Below, one piece after another: positions 36,707-47,303 of a stretch of 60,668 bases of DNA. Under the pieces are notes generated by a model. It was not told the origin of the DNA, searched no databases, and saw only the letters and a program-made list of their open reading frames with translations. The DNA is taken from assembly GCA_964402895.1 (NCBI GenBank), contig CAYODR010000004.1, forward strand, positions 34,209 through 94,876, given 5' to 3'. The DNA is from an uncultured Candidatus Saccharibacteria bacterium (GTDB lineage Bacteria > Patescibacteriota > Minisyncoccia > Phycocordibacterales > UBA9973). How positions within the stretch are numbered: the stretch's first letter is position 1; every line of letters begins with the position of its first letter. The position numbers and the translations under genes are program-made.

Positions 36707-37294
36707 TTATTCATTTACTCTTTCTACATATTCGCCTGTTTCTGTATTTACTCGGATTTTTTCTCCAGCTTCTACAAAAAGCGGGACATTCACATGCGCT
36801 CCAGTTTCAAGTGTAGCAACCTTGTTGCCGCCTGTTACACTTGCTCCCTTGATTGCAGGCGGAGCTTCTTTGACCAATAATTCTACCTTGATTGGAATTT
36901 TGATACCGATAACTTGTTCGTTGTCTTTTTCATCGGTAAAGATTATGAGTTCTACTTCTGAATTTGATTTTATAAATTTTATCTTATCTCCGACAATGTC
37001 TTCTTTGACAAAAAATCTTTTACTTTTATCTTTTGGATCTGAGAACCAAACTTCACCCTTAGCAATATAAAGATATAAAGCTTCTCTGTGGGTGATATCT
37101 GCTTCTTCGGCTTTTTCTGATGAGCCAAAAGAGATTTCTGCTACACGACCAGTGATGAGATTTTTAAGTTTCGTTGCGTTAACTGGTTTACGCTGTTGCT
37201 TACGAAAGACATGTGAATGGATTACTTCATAAGGCTGACCTTCGTAAATGATGATTTTTCTTTCTTTGATTTCATTATATTCTAGCATTGCCAT
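36707..37294 (-). CDS. efp: elongation factor P
   Basis: Typical EF-P length and blocks (YEV.H..F.K..QRKP...TKLKNL.TG, ATLETGA.V.VPLF). Confidence 0.9.
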   Translation of the reverse strand: MAMLEYNEIKERKIIIYEGQPYEVIHSHVFRKQQRKPVNATKLKNLITGRVAEISFGSSEKAEEADITHREALYLYIAKGEVWFSDPKDKSKRFFVKEDIVGDKIKFIKSNSEVELIIFTDEKDNEQVIGIKIPIKVELLVKEAPPAIKGASVTGGNKVATLETGAHVNVPLFVEAGEKIRVNTETGEYVERVNE

Positions 37295-37396
37295 GTAGTG
37301 GATTGTATACCCATTTTCCCAAAAAGTCTATAAAGAATAAGCTTTTATTTAAAAAAAATTAATAGGTATATATAGATTTATAAATAAATCATATTA

Positions 37397-37427
37397 AAAG
37401 GTCGCACCCATTGGGCGCGACCTTTTA
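37397..37427 (-). terminator. intrinsic terminator after recA
   Basis: AAAAGGTCGCGCCC-aa-GGGTGCGACCTTTT on the minus strand. Confidence 0.75.
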
Positions 37428-37474
37428 TCATATTTAGAAATGTAAAAATATTTAAACGGCCTTGTCTTTATATT

Positions 37475-38536
37475 TTATTCATCACTTCCAGAAGACATTA
37501 CGACTTCTTTCATACGAGAGCGAACTTCTTTGAGAATAGAATCGCGTATTTTTGTATTTTCTCTCATAAAGATACGACTTGCATCATATCCGCGTCCGAG
37601 TTTTATATCTTCTGGCTCAGGATCTTTTTTGGTTGGGGTAGGGGTGTATGAGTATGATGTACCAGCTTTCTTGATCACTTCAAGCTTTTCTCCAAGTGCT
37701 AGGAGTTCTCCTTCTAAAGAAATACCTTCACCATAGATGATATCAAACTCTGTTTGTTTAAATGGTGCGGCTACTTTATTTTTAACAACCTTTACGCGAG
37801 TGCGACTACCTACAACCTCTTCACCTTTTTTGATTTGGGCAATACGGCGGATGTCCAATCTGATAGAAGTATAGAACTTTAGAGCTTTACCACCTGGAGT
37901 AGTTTCTGGGTTACCAAACATTACACCTATTTGCATACGGATTTGGTTGATAAAGATAACCACAGTCTTTGAGCGGGCAACTATTGCTGTGAGTTTTCTG
38001 AGTGCTTGAGACATAAGGCGGGCTTGCTTACCCATATGGCTTGCTCCCATATCGCCCTCTATTTCATCTTTAGGAGTTAGGGCTGCCACAGAGTCTACGA
38101 CGACTACATCTATTTTCCCACTGCGTACTAATGATTCACAGATTTCTAATCCTTGTTCACCGGTATCGGGTTGAGAGATAAGAAGTTCGTTGGTCTTTAC
38201 ACCAATTTTAGCTGCATAATCTGGATCCATTGCATGCTCTGCATCTATGTATGCACATACACCACCTGTTTTTTGTGCTTCAGCTACTATGTGAAGGGCG
38301 AGTGTTGTCTTACCAGATGACTCTGGCCCAAATACTTCAATAATACGACCTCTCGGTACTCCTCCGATACCCAGAGCAATATCAAGTCCAATAGAACCAG
38401 TGGGGATGACACTTAAGTCTACCTTTGGACTTTCTCCTAATTTCATAATAGCTCCTTCACCGAATTTGGTCTGAATAGACTTGATTGTATCTTCAATTGA
38501 AGAACCTATCTCTTTTTCTACTTTTTTGCGTGCCAT
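37475..38536 (-). CDS. recA: recombinase RecA
   Basis: Walker [10 protein letters not shown], plus L1/L2 region motifs. Confidence 0.97.
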   Translation of the reverse strand: MARKKVEKEIGSSIEDTIKSIQTKFGEGAIMKLGESPKVDLSVIPTGSIGLDIALGIGGVPRGRIIEVFGPESSGKTTLALHIVAEAQKTGGVCAYIDAEHAMDPDYAAKIGVKTNELLISQPDTGEQGLEICESLVRSGKIDVVVVDSVAALTPKDEIEGDMGASHMGKQARLMSQALRKLTAIVARSKTVVIFINQIRMQIGVMFGNPETTPGGKALKFYTSIRLDIRRIAQIKKGEEVVGSRTRVKVVKNKVAAPFKQTEFDIIYGEGISLEGELLALGEKLEVIKKAGTSYSYTPTPTKKDPEPEDIKLGRGYDASRIFMRENTKIRDSILKEVRSRMKEVVMSSGSDE

Positions 38537-38548
38537 AAAAATATTTTT

Positions 38549-38938
38549 TTAGTTGATAATCTCACCAGACTGCGCCACCATTGATGCGGGTTCGACGACC
38601 CATTGGTATGTTTTTGTTTCTGTCTTGCCAAATCTATCCTTGAGCGCAACTTCAACTATATTATACCCTGAGGAAAGTATGATTGCATCTTCAAAGTTTC
38701 CTTTACGATCCATATTGACACTTCGTCCATTTATCAGAAGCTCTATTGCACCATGAGCAATCCCCGATAGGGGGAGGAAATTGTCATTTAGGGTGGTGCC
38801 ATTTGAAGCTGTGACTATTTGAAAAGATGTACCAAAAAATGCATCTTTGATGTTGGCAAATACTAAAGTTAAAATAGCAATACCAAGTATTCCAATGATT
38901 GAATTTTTTATTGAAAATGATAATTTATTTTTACTCAT
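38549..38938 (-). CDS. membrane-anchored small beta-rich protein, unknown function
   Basis: N-terminal TM helix, then an Ig-like pattern (L.INGRSV..D..G.F......L..G.N.V.V.). Confidence 0.6.
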   Translation of the reverse strand: MSKNKLSFSIKNSIIGILGIAILTLVFANIKDAFFGTSFQIVTASNGTTLNDNFLPLSGIAHGAIELLINGRSVNMDRKGNFEDAIILSSGYNIVEVALKDRFGKTETKTYQWVVEPASMVAQSGEIIN

Positions 38939-38940
38939 AT

Positions 38941-41124
38941 TTATAATCCCATCTCTTCAGCTATTTCATCGCTAGTCGTTATTTTGCCAATAAGTACTTC
39001 ACGGGGCTTTGCTCCGTCGGCTGGTCCGATGATGCCTCTCTCTTCTAACATATCCATAAGTCTGGCCGCACGAGCATAACCAACCTTAAGCTTTCTTTGT
39101 ATATATGAAGTACTACCTTTTCCAGCCTCTACCACTACCGTCCGTGCTTCTTCATATAGTGGGTCATCGTCAGAATCATCAAGTGTATCGCTAAACATTG
39201 CTTTGTCGCCTGAGATGTTTCCGCCACCTATTTCGATGGTATCTCTGATGTCATCTTTGAAAGCATTCTTTAAGTATTTTACCACATTTTTTACTTCATC
39301 TTCAGTGATAAATGCACTTTGAAGTCTCTCTGCTTGATTGGTGCCCACCATGGCAAGCATATCTCCTTGCCCCAGGAGTTTCTCAGCACCCGCAGTATCT
39401 AAAATGGTACGAGAGTCTATCTGAGTAGGGACGCGTAGAGCGATACGACTTGGAACATTGGCTTTGATAAGGCCAGTAATAATATTTACTTCTGGTCTTT
39501 GGGTTGAAAGGATAAGGTGGATACCCACAGCTCTAGACATCTGAGCAAGTCTTACAATTGCACTTTCCATTTCGCGTGGATAAGCTTGCATGATATCTGC
39601 GAGCTCATCAATCACTATCACTATATAAGGCATTCTATCTATTGGGTCTTCGGTGTCATTTGCATTTGCGCCTTTGGCAAATTCTTTTGCGTATTTTTTA
39701 TGATATGAATCAATATCTCTAACGCCCTCACTTTCTAGAATGTCATATCTTCTATTCATTTCTGTTGCTGCCCATTTAAGCGCTAGTACTGCTTTCTTTG
39801 GGTCTGTGATAACAGGAGTAAGTAGGTGGGGGATAGAGTTGTAAAGTGTAAGCTCAACACGCTTTGGGTCTACGAAGATGAATCTCATATCATCTGGTCC
39901 ATGTCTATATAAGAGAGAGCTGATGATAGCGTGGATAGTCACAGACTTACCAGAACCAGTAGTTCCCGCAATAAGTAGGTGAGGCATTTTAGCAATACTA
40001 TAGAGTACGGGTTTGCCGGCGATATTTCTTCCGATAGCAGCAGTCAGAGGTTTGGCTTGTGCAAAGGATTTATCTCCGATCAGGCTAGCTAAACCAACTG
40101 TAGCTTTTGATTTGTTTGGGATTTCAATACCTACCAGTGCCTTGCCTGGGATAGGTGCTTCAATACGAAGTGGGTGTGCAGCAAGTGCCAGCGCTAAGTC
40201 GCTTTGAAGTCCTACGATACGAGAAAGTTTTACCCCTTGTGCCGGCTTTAGAGCGTATCTAGTCACGGTCGGTCCAATGGTGATTTCATCCATTTCTACT
40301 TCAATACCAAAGTTCATAAGAGTTCGTCTAATGGTATTTGCATTACTCTTTACATCACCTACATTTGCTTTTCCGCGGTCACCCTCAAGTAGTGAAAGTG
40401 GGGGCGGCGTATAGTTGCCATTTCCAGAGAAAAACTTTGTATCAATAGAGATAGAATCACCAGCATTGGCACTATCACTTATCTTGAGTTCTGGAGCTTT
40501 TTCTTTCTTGATACTTTGAATCAAGGACGGAGCTTTTGTTTTAGCTGGGATATCTTCTTCTACTTCGTCTTCTTCCTCATATTCTTCATCGTACTCTTCT
40601 TCATATTCGTATTCTGCTTGCTCCTTGCGCTTGAAGATTTTAAATTTTCCAAATAGATTTTGGAAAAACGGTGCGATACTTGGAAGCTGATCAAAGAATA
40701 GTGTAAATGATGAAATAATCACGAATACTACAATCACGATACTAAAGATTCTCTCAAAAGTTTGAAGTAGGGAAGTAGCGATAGATATACCCAAGATTCC
40801 TCCCAGAGCAGGGTTAAAGAGTGACAACAAGACCAACATAGAAGCAAGACCAATAATAGCTGAAATAGTGTGCTTAATACTTATCTCAGGGAGTTTCTTT
40901 TTAAAAGTATAAATACCAGCAGCAAAGAGTATTATTGGAATAAATATTTGTCCTACACCTAGTAGCCAATATGTGAACTCTGATATTTCTACACCACCCT
41001 TGCCTGCTAATCCGAGTATCCCACCAAGTGTAAGCAATGAAGCGAGGGTTAAGAGTAGTCCGATGATAATAAAAAGTTGATTGTTGTTGTCTTTATTTTT
41101 ATTTTTCTTATTTTTTTTAGCCAT
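38941..41124 (-). CDS. ftsK: DNA translocase FtsK/SpoIIIE
   Basis: N-terminal TM helices, Walker A GTTGSGKSV, and a C-terminal gamma wHTH (YIQRKLKVGYARAARLMD.LE). Confidence 0.92.
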   Translation of the reverse strand: MAKKNKKNKNKDNNNQLFIIIGLLLTLASLLTLGGILGLAGKGGVEISEFTYWLLGVGQIFIPIILFAAGIYTFKKKLPEISIKHTISAIIGLASMLVLLSLFNPALGGILGISIATSLLQTFERIFSIVIVVFVIISSFTLFFDQLPSIAPFFQNLFGKFKIFKRKEQAEYEYEEEYDEEYEEEDEVEEDIPAKTKAPSLIQSIKKEKAPELKISDSANAGDSISIDTKFFSGNGNYTPPPLSLLEGDRGKANVGDVKSNANTIRRTLMNFGIEVEMDEITIGPTVTRYALKPAQGVKLSRIVGLQSDLALALAAHPLRIEAPIPGKALVGIEIPNKSKATVGLASLIGDKSFAQAKPLTAAIGRNIAGKPVLYSIAKMPHLLIAGTTGSGKSVTIHAIISSLLYRHGPDDMRFIFVDPKRVELTLYNSIPHLLTPVITDPKKAVLALKWAATEMNRRYDILESEGVRDIDSYHKKYAKEFAKGANANDTEDPIDRMPYIVIVIDELADIMQAYPREMESAIVRLAQMSRAVGIHLILSTQRPEVNIITGLIKANVPSRIALRVPTQIDSRTILDTAGAEKLLGQGDMLAMVGTNQAERLQSAFITEDEVKNVVKYLKNAFKDDIRDTIEIGGGNISGDKAMFSDTLDDSDDDPLYEEARTVVVEAGKGSTSYIQRKLKVGYARAARLMDMLEERGIIGPADGAKPREVLIGKITTSDEIAEEMGL

Positions 41125-41288
41125 ATCTTTTTACTACAGTATTATAGCAAGCAATTTATTAAAAAACTATTATTTTATAAGGATAATTACAGCACACAAT
41201 ATATTTGTTTATTATTTTTTTGTCCTATATAATGGATGTACTTTAGGTTCGAGAGAGATATATTAAAAGGACAAAATATTAAAGACAA

Positions 41289-41957
41289 ATGCACACATTT
41301 AATGCTTCAAAAATAGAACTTTCTTTTAAAGACAATTCAAAAGGACAGAAGATATCTGCTGGATTATACCTTGTCACTTCTCACTTGTCTGATAATGATC
41401 CGATGAAAAACACTATTAGACAAAGAGCCGTGAAGCTTTTAGAGAGCGATACACTTGATCATAAAAGAGCTTTGTCTATACAGATATCAGACCTTCTAAG
41501 CACTGCAGTATTGGCAAGACTTATCTCTGAAAAAAATGCCTCTATCTTAGTTCTTGAGCTTCGGCATTTTGCAAACTTGGGAGAGTCAGAAGGCGATGAG
41601 ATTACCGAAGCACTTAAGTCTCATTTTGGACAACCATCGCTCGCATCTTTTAAGTCAGTATCTCTCACCCCCAAAAAGACATCTATCAGTATCTCTCAAA
41701 GACAAAAATCTCTGACATCATCTAAGGATACATTTGAATTAAATACAAAAGTATCTACTATATCAAATAAAAATCAAAGACAGGAAGCAATATTGTCTTT
41801 TATAAACAATAGGAAGAGTGCAGGGATAAAGGACATTTCAGCCTTGTTTCCAGAAGTTAGTGAAAAGACAATCCAGCGCGAACTCACTGCACTAGTTGGA
41901 AGCGGACACATCACGAAGAGAGGGGAGAAAAGATGGAGTGTATATATGGCACTTTAA
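41289..41957 (+). CDS. protein with a C-terminal DeoR-type winged-helix domain; the N-terminal part is unknown
   Basis: RQEAILSFINNRKSAGIKDISALFPEVSEKTIQRELTALVGSGHI. Confidence 0.55.
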   Translation: MHTFNASKIELSFKDNSKGQKISAGLYLVTSHLSDNDPMKNTIRQRAVKLLESDTLDHKRALSIQISDLLSTAVLARLISEKNASILVLELRHFANLGESEGDEITEALKSHFGQPSLASFKSVSLTPKKTSISISQRQKSLTSSKDTFELNTKVSTISNKNQRQEAILSFINNRKSAGIKDISALFPEVSEKTIQRELTALVGSGHITKRGEKRWSVYMAL

Positions 41958-41999
41958 AAAACAAAAAGGCAAAAGTATACGCTTTTGCCTTTTTGTTTT
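41958..41999 (+). terminator. intrinsic terminator
   Basis: AAAAAGGCAAAAG-tatac-GCTTTTGCCTTTTT. Confidence 0.75.
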
Positions 42000-42148
42000 G
42001 TGTAAGATTTTTAAATTCACTGCGTCATTATAAGCATGTGGTCGCACATACGAGATATCAAGTATTTGCGAAGTGAGACGAATAAGATATAATATCTTTT
42101 ATCGTAATATCACTAGCACACAAAGTGTTTATGTGGTATTATGATTTA

Positions 42149-42494
42149 GTCTCACTTCGAGTATTTTCTCGAAGTGAGATCACAGAGAACTGATCATTGA
42201 AAACCAAATATTGAAATTTGAGCAATCAACGATCTTTATTAGTTTTCGGCGGTCGTTCTCATCGCTTATCAAATGCGAATTTGATAAGTACGATATCGGC
42301 CTTGTCGACACGGCAGATAGAGGGTGCAGTAATTCACCTTCCTCTGCAAATTACACGTTTTATATATGGTATGAAAAAGATACTTATATATAGAACACAC
42401 GTCACTGTATGTTGTTGGTGTTGTCGACACTACACTTACCTCTTCATATTTTAGTATGGAGGCATACATGACGATTAATAATATTTAATTGACT
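42149..42494 (+). promoter_or_regulatory. long (about 345 nt) 5' leader of the surface-protein gene, with a 5'-terminal hairpin and a mini-uORF
   Basis: An extended -10 (TGgTATTAT, 42134-42142) is followed by the 12-bp hairpin TCTCACTTCGAG/CTCGAAGTGAGA (42150-42179). A GGAGG at 42458-42462 serves a 6-codon uORF at 42468-42488. Confidence 0.5.
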
Positions 42495-44312
42495 ATGACA
42501 AACAAATTTAAATTTATCGTAGCTTCAGTTGCTGTTTTCGCCCTAGGGTTGGTAGCAGTATCTGACGCTGCATATGTACACGCAGGTCTTCTAAAACAAG
42601 GCTCACGTGGTACACAAGTACTTGCTCTTCAGCAAGCACTTAACGCAACTGCATACAAAGTTGCTCTTACAGGAGCAGGTTCAGCTGGATCAGAAACAAC
42701 ATATTTCGGTCCTGCAACAAAAGCTGCTGTAGTAAAATTCCAAGCTGCTAACGGTCTCGTTGCAGATGGTATCGTAGGTGCTGCAACTGGTGCTAAGCTT
42801 GCTGGTCTAGGTGGTACAACAACTCCATCAGATCTACCAGCAGGATGTACTTCAACTGCAGGCTACTCAACTACAACAGGTGTGAAGTGTGACTCAGGTT
42901 CATCACTTCCAGCTGGCTGTACATCAACTGCAGGATTTTCTCCTGTTACAGGTGTAGCTTGTAATTCAAGTGCAAATACAGGGAATACAGGCAACCTAAA
43001 TGGTGGTGCTGGAAACCTAGAGCTTTCATCAACTTCAAAAGACGTTAAGTCAAAAGTTGCTGAAGGATCATCAGAAAAAGTTCTTGGTGTAAAAGCTGAG
43101 GCTGAAGATTCTGATATCTCTATTACTAACGTTAAAGTTGAAATCAAAGAAGCTTCATCTGCAAATGGTTCATACAGAATTGACAAATATGTTGATACTG
43201 TAGCTATCTATCTTGGAGACAAGAAAGTTGGTGAAGTAGATGGAGATGACTTCAACAGAAGTAGTAAAACTTACACAAAGAGTATCTCAATCTCAAACGC
43301 AGTTATCAAAGAAGGTAAGAGTGAAAACCTATACGTAGTAGTAGAAGCTCTATCAACAGTTGATGATACTGCTAAGGTATTCGATGTTAAAATCACAGAT
43401 GTTCGTTATACAGATGCTACAGGAGCAATCCTTACAGATGTAACTGGATACCCTAGTGACTTTGGTTTTGACAAAGAAGGTAAAGATGACAAGCTTTCTA
43501 TCAAGAGAGTAAAATCAACAGCTGATACTCTAAAAGTTGATGCTGATGATGAGTCAGAAGAATACACAGTACTTACATTTGATATCGAAACAGGAAAGAA
43601 ATCAAATGATATTACAATCAATGAACTTCTTTTTGAAGTAGAAGTAACTGGTGCTGGTGCTGGTAAAAAAGTTGAAGATGTTATCTCATACATTGAAGTA
43701 AATGGTGTTGAAGCAGATGCAAAATTTGTATCTGGTACAACTACAACAGGTACTTACAGTGTTGATTTTGATGACGACTTTGTTATTGATGGAAACGATT
43801 CAGAAGAAGTTGAGGTGGTTGTTGTATTTAATGCACAACTTGGAAACTACAATGATAAAACTAAGTTTGACATCAAGCTTCTAGATATCGTTGCTGAAGG
43901 TTCTGATGATATTAATACTTACTCTGGTTCAGCTACAGCTAAGACACAAACTCTAAGTGTTTCTTCTGCTGTTATTGATGGATATAAGTGGGAAATAGCT
44001 AAGACAGATAAGACTGGTGTTATCGACTTCTTCTTTACAGTAGAAGCTGATGATGAAGACTATGATGTTCTTGCATCAAGTATCTCTGCTACTTCAACTG
44101 ACAACGTTTCTGGTGTTCTAGCCCTAGTTGCTGGTGATGCTGTAACTCATACTGCAGGTACTTCATATACTGTTGAATCAGGACGTGAAGCTACATTCAG
44201 AGTACGTTACGACTTCAGTACATCTGGTAGTAAAGAAGTAAGAGTTACTTCAGCTGCTGGTGTAGAAGTTCCTACAAACAAACAACTTTCACCGACTGTT
44301 GTTCTTGAATAA
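42495..44312 (+). CDS. secreted surface protein: peptidoglycan-binding domain, two Cys-bracketed repeats and a long beta-rich region
   Basis: Signal peptide, PG_binding_1-like [14 protein letters not shown]...[24 protein letters not shown], and [10 protein letters not shown](Y/F)S..TGV.C twice. Confidence 0.8.
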   Translation: MTNKFKFIVASVAVFALGLVAVSDAAYVHAGLLKQGSRGTQVLALQQALNATAYKVALTGAGSAGSETTYFGPATKAAVVKFQAANGLVADGIVGAATGAKLAGLGGTTTPSDLPAGCTSTAGYSTTTGVKCDSGSSLPAGCTSTAGFSPVTGVACNSSANTGNTGNLNGGAGNLELSSTSKDVKSKVAEGSSEKVLGVKAEAEDSDISITNVKVEIKEASSANGSYRIDKYVDTVAIYLGDKKVGEVDGDDFNRSSKTYTKSISISNAVIKEGKSENLYVVVEALSTVDDTAKVFDVKITDVRYTDATGAILTDVTGYPSDFGFDKEGKDDKLSIKRVKSTADTLKVDADDESEEYTVLTFDIETGKKSNDITINELLFEVEVTGAGAGKKVEDVISYIEVNGVEADAKFVSGTTTTGTYSVDFDDDFVIDGNDSEEVEVVVVFNAQLGNYNDKTKFDIKLLDIVAEGSDDINTYSGSATAKTQTLSVSSAVIDGYKWEIAKTDKTGVIDFFFTVEADDEDYDVLASSISATSTDNVSGVLALVAGDAVTHTAGTSYTVESGREATFRVRYDFSTSGSKEVRVTSAAGVEVPTNKQLSPTVVLE

Positions 44313-44338
44313 TAATTAATCTTTTAGATTAATTTAGG

Positions 44339-44372
44339 AAAACAAAAAACCCCGAAAGGGGTTTTTTGTTTT
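44339..44372 (+). terminator. intrinsic terminator
   Basis: AAAAAACCCC-gaaa-GGGGTTTTTT. Confidence 0.85.
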
Positions 44373-44414
44373 GTTCTTAAAAATATTTTAAATAGTATAT
44401 TTTTCTGTTATAGT

Positions 44415-46451
44415 ATGTTTTATATGAAAACAGAGGGTATTTTTTGGCAATATAATTTAGCAAAATATTTATCATTATTTATAGTATTTTTATTACCGTT
44501 ATTGATAAATAGAAGTTTGGCATTTCCGTATACTACAGGTAAAGCACTATTTTTTGTTATCAGTACTTTTTCTGTTCTGTGCTTATTTTTATGGGGACTT
44601 TTAAGGGATAAAAAAATAAAAATATCTTTTGGCATAGTTTCTGTTTCAATTATCTTATTTTCACTAGCTCTTGTGTTAAGTACTATTTTTGCTGTGGTTC
44701 CTAGGTTTGCTCTTTTTGGAGAAATAAGTGGAGCTAGTAGTTTGTTGATTTTTTCTGGTATATCAATGGCTTTTGTTTTATCTTCTTTTGTAAAAGAAGA
44801 TAAAAACTTTATTAAAATACTAGCTTGGACTTCTGTTATATCTGCTGTTTTTGTGGCAATAGGTGCTTTTGGTGGAGAAAAAATACTCCCATCATCTACT
44901 GGTGGATCTACTCTCGGAAATACTTCTTATGCAGGTGCTTATTTATTAATAAATCTTTTTTTGGCTTTAGGTTTGGTCTTAACCTCAAAAAACTTATATC
45001 AGAAGATATTTTTAGTTTTATCTATTCTTACGATCTCTTTTTCTCCTATATTCTTTAATTTTAATATTTTTAAAGGACTCGTTTCTTTTTCTGAGATAAG
45101 TTCAAGTCCTACTATTTTATTTGGTGCTGCCAATGGTTCTGCTTTAGGTGTCGGAATAGGATTGATCTCTGTTATTTCTATTTTCCTTATTCGTTCTAAA
45201 AAGCATGTTTTAAAATGGGCTGGTGCTTTGTTGTTAATAGGACTTTTTACTTCTCTTTGGTGGGCAGGGCAGGAGCTTGTAAACCCAGACTCTAAAATAA
45301 ACCAGATTTATACACAAGAAAAAAATGCAAACAGATTTGTTTTTTGGGATATTGCTTATGCAGGAATAAATGAAAGACCTATATTTGGTTGGGGAGTAGG
45401 GGGGTATGCGTATCTTTTCCAAGAAAATTATGATTCTATATTTTTCTCACCAGGATATGCAATAGAGTTGTGGACTAATAATCCGCACAACATGATAATA
45501 GAACATTTTGTTAACGCTGGTGTTTTAGGCTTATTTACTTATGTTTTAATGATCGGGAGTGCTGGTATTACTCTATTTTTAGTTACTAAATCAGAAGATA
45601 AAAATAAAAGAGTATTTAGCACTGTTTTATTTGGTGCTATATTTGGTTATGTAGTACAAAACTTTTTTGTTTTTGATACAGTTGTCCCTCTTATGATGTT
45701 CTATATAATTATAGGTTTTGCTATAGGTGTTCAAAAAGAAAAAGTTTTAGAGTTAAATAAAATATGGTCAATTATTTTTAAAATATTTATTTCTCTAATT
45801 ATTTTTATTTCTATTTGTTTAATTTATTTAGGCGGGATAAAACCTTGGAGGGAGGTTAGCTCACTAACTAGTAATCTTGTAAATGGAAAATTATTATCAA
45901 AAGAAACTGATAATATTTCATATATGGGTTATGCTGGAGATAGTGCTTTTTGGGCAATTAAAACCTCTAGTATGATAAGTGCTGACAAAAATAGTACTGA
46001 GGAAAAAAAGAAAAAAGTAAAAGATGTTTTATATAAAAATATTGAAAAAATTGAAGATGCTTTAGTTGCAGATGGTAGAGAAAACTTTAGATCAAGATGG
46101 GTTTTGGGTCAGCTTTATTTGAAAATTATAGCTATAGATATGATTGTAAACAAAGATTTGGGAGCAAAATCAATTGAGAATTATAAAAAAGCTCTTGAGA
46201 TAAATTCAAATAATCCTATGATATATTCTGATTTAGCCCAAGCTTATGCTTTTGAAAAAGATTATAAAAATTCTCAAAAATATATTCGTGCGGCTATTGC
46301 ATTAGCTCCTGAGTATAAAACCAACTATAAATACGCAGATCAGATGATTAAGGGTGGTATAGCCACAAAAGAATTTGAGAAATATGTAAAAGATATGCGC
46401 GATAGATGGTGTTATGAAAACAGTCCTTGTATGACTGATAAGTGGAAATAA
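44415..46451 (+). CDS. O-antigen ligase/polymerase-like polytopic membrane protein with a C-terminal TPR region
   Basis: More than 10 TM helices, a Wzy_C-like NNPHNMIIEHFVNAGVLG block, and TPR-like repeats (YKKALEINSNNP...AQAYAFEKDYKNS). Confidence 0.7.
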   Translation: MFYMKTEGIFWQYNLAKYLSLFIVFLLPLLINRSLAFPYTTGKALFFVISTFSVLCLFLWGLLRDKKIKISFGIVSVSIILFSLALVLSTIFAVVPRFALFGEISGASSLLIFSGISMAFVLSSFVKEDKNFIKILAWTSVISAVFVAIGAFGGEKILPSSTGGSTLGNTSYAGAYLLINLFLALGLVLTSKNLYQKIFLVLSILTISFSPIFFNFNIFKGLVSFSEISSSPTILFGAANGSALGVGIGLISVISIFLIRSKKHVLKWAGALLLIGLFTSLWWAGQELVNPDSKINQIYTQEKNANRFVFWDIAYAGINERPIFGWGVGGYAYLFQENYDSIFFSPGYAIELWTNNPHNMIIEHFVNAGVLGLFTYVLMIGSAGITLFLVTKSEDKNKRVFSTVLFGAIFGYVVQNFFVFDTVVPLMMFYIIIGFAIGVQKEKVLELNKIWSIIFKIFISLIIFISICLIYLGGIKPWREVSSLTSNLVNGKLLSKETDNISYMGYAGDSAFWAIKTSSMISADKNSTEEKKKKVKDVLYKNIEKIEDALVADGRENFRSRWVLGQLYLKIIAIDMIVNKDLGAKSIENYKKALEINSNNPMIYSDLAQAYAFEKDYKNSQKYIRAAIALAPEYKTNYKYADQMIKGGIATKEFEKYVKDMRDRWCYENSPCMTDKWK

Positions 46452-46452
46452 T

Positions 46453-47295
46453 ATGATTATAACTAGGCTTTATGGAGGAATGGGGAATCAGATGTTTCAA
46501 TATGCTATAGCAAGGGCTATAGCTATTAGAAATAATGATTCTGTAGGTTTGGATTTAAAGGATTTATTGGACAGAACTCCAAGAAAAGGTTTTACATATC
46601 GTGGATATGATTTAGATTTATTTAATATTAAAGCTGATATCTTATCTCAAAAACAAATTCCTTTTTGGTTTAGGTTTTATGGGCAGGGTAGATTGGCATG
46701 GTATTTAAATATGTTAAGAAAAAAACTTTTTTTCACAAAAGGAAATGAAAAGAAAGATTTTGTTTTTGATCAAAATATTTTGTCTTTAAAAAATGTATAT
46801 TTAAGTGGGTATTGGCAAAATCCAAAATATTTTCAAGATATTAAACATATCTTGAAAGAGGATTTTTCTTTAAAAAATCCTCTTCCTAAAAACATAGAAA
46901 GTCTTAGGCAAGAAATACTAAATAAAGAATCTTTGTGTATACATGTTCGAAGGGGTGACTATGTTGGGAATAAAGCACATGATATTCTTCCATCTGATTA
47001 TTATCAAAAATCATTAGAAAAATTTAAAAATATTAAAATAGATCACATTTATATTTTTTCTGATGATATTGATTGGTGTAGAGAAAATATGTCTTTTGGT
47101 ATAGATACTACTTTTGTTGGAGATGAGTATTCAGGGGAGCGTGCTATAGGTCATTTTGAACTTATGAGATCTTGTAAGCATTTTATTATACCTAATAGTA
47201 CATTTTCTTGGTGGGCGGCTTATTTAAGTGATAGGAGTGGCATTGTTTTTGCTCCGGATGGTTGGATAGTTTTTGATATAAATAAAATGATATAA
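46453..47295 (+). CDS. glycosyltransferase family 11 (alpha-1,2-fucosyltransferase-like)
   Basis: GGMGNQMFQYA, HVRRGDY, and NSTFSWWAAYL. Confidence 0.85.
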   Translation: MIITRLYGGMGNQMFQYAIARAIAIRNNDSVGLDLKDLLDRTPRKGFTYRGYDLDLFNIKADILSQKQIPFWFRFYGQGRLAWYLNMLRKKLFFTKGNEKKDFVFDQNILSLKNVYLSGYWQNPKYFQDIKHILKEDFSLKNPLPKNIESLRQEILNKESLCIHVRRGDYVGNKAHDILPSDYYQKSLEKFKNIKIDHIYIFSDDIDWCRENMSFGIDTTFVGDEYSGERAIGHFELMRSCKHFIIPNSTFSWWAAYLSDRSGIVFAPDGWIVFDINKMI

Positions 47296-47303
47296 TAAAT
47301 AAT

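Noticed and set aside
42211-42469. Three overlapping 60-78 aa ORFs upstream of the surface-protein gene
   Set aside because: They overlap one another in different frames and strands, have no SD or promoter of their own, and fall within what reads as a long structured 5' leader.
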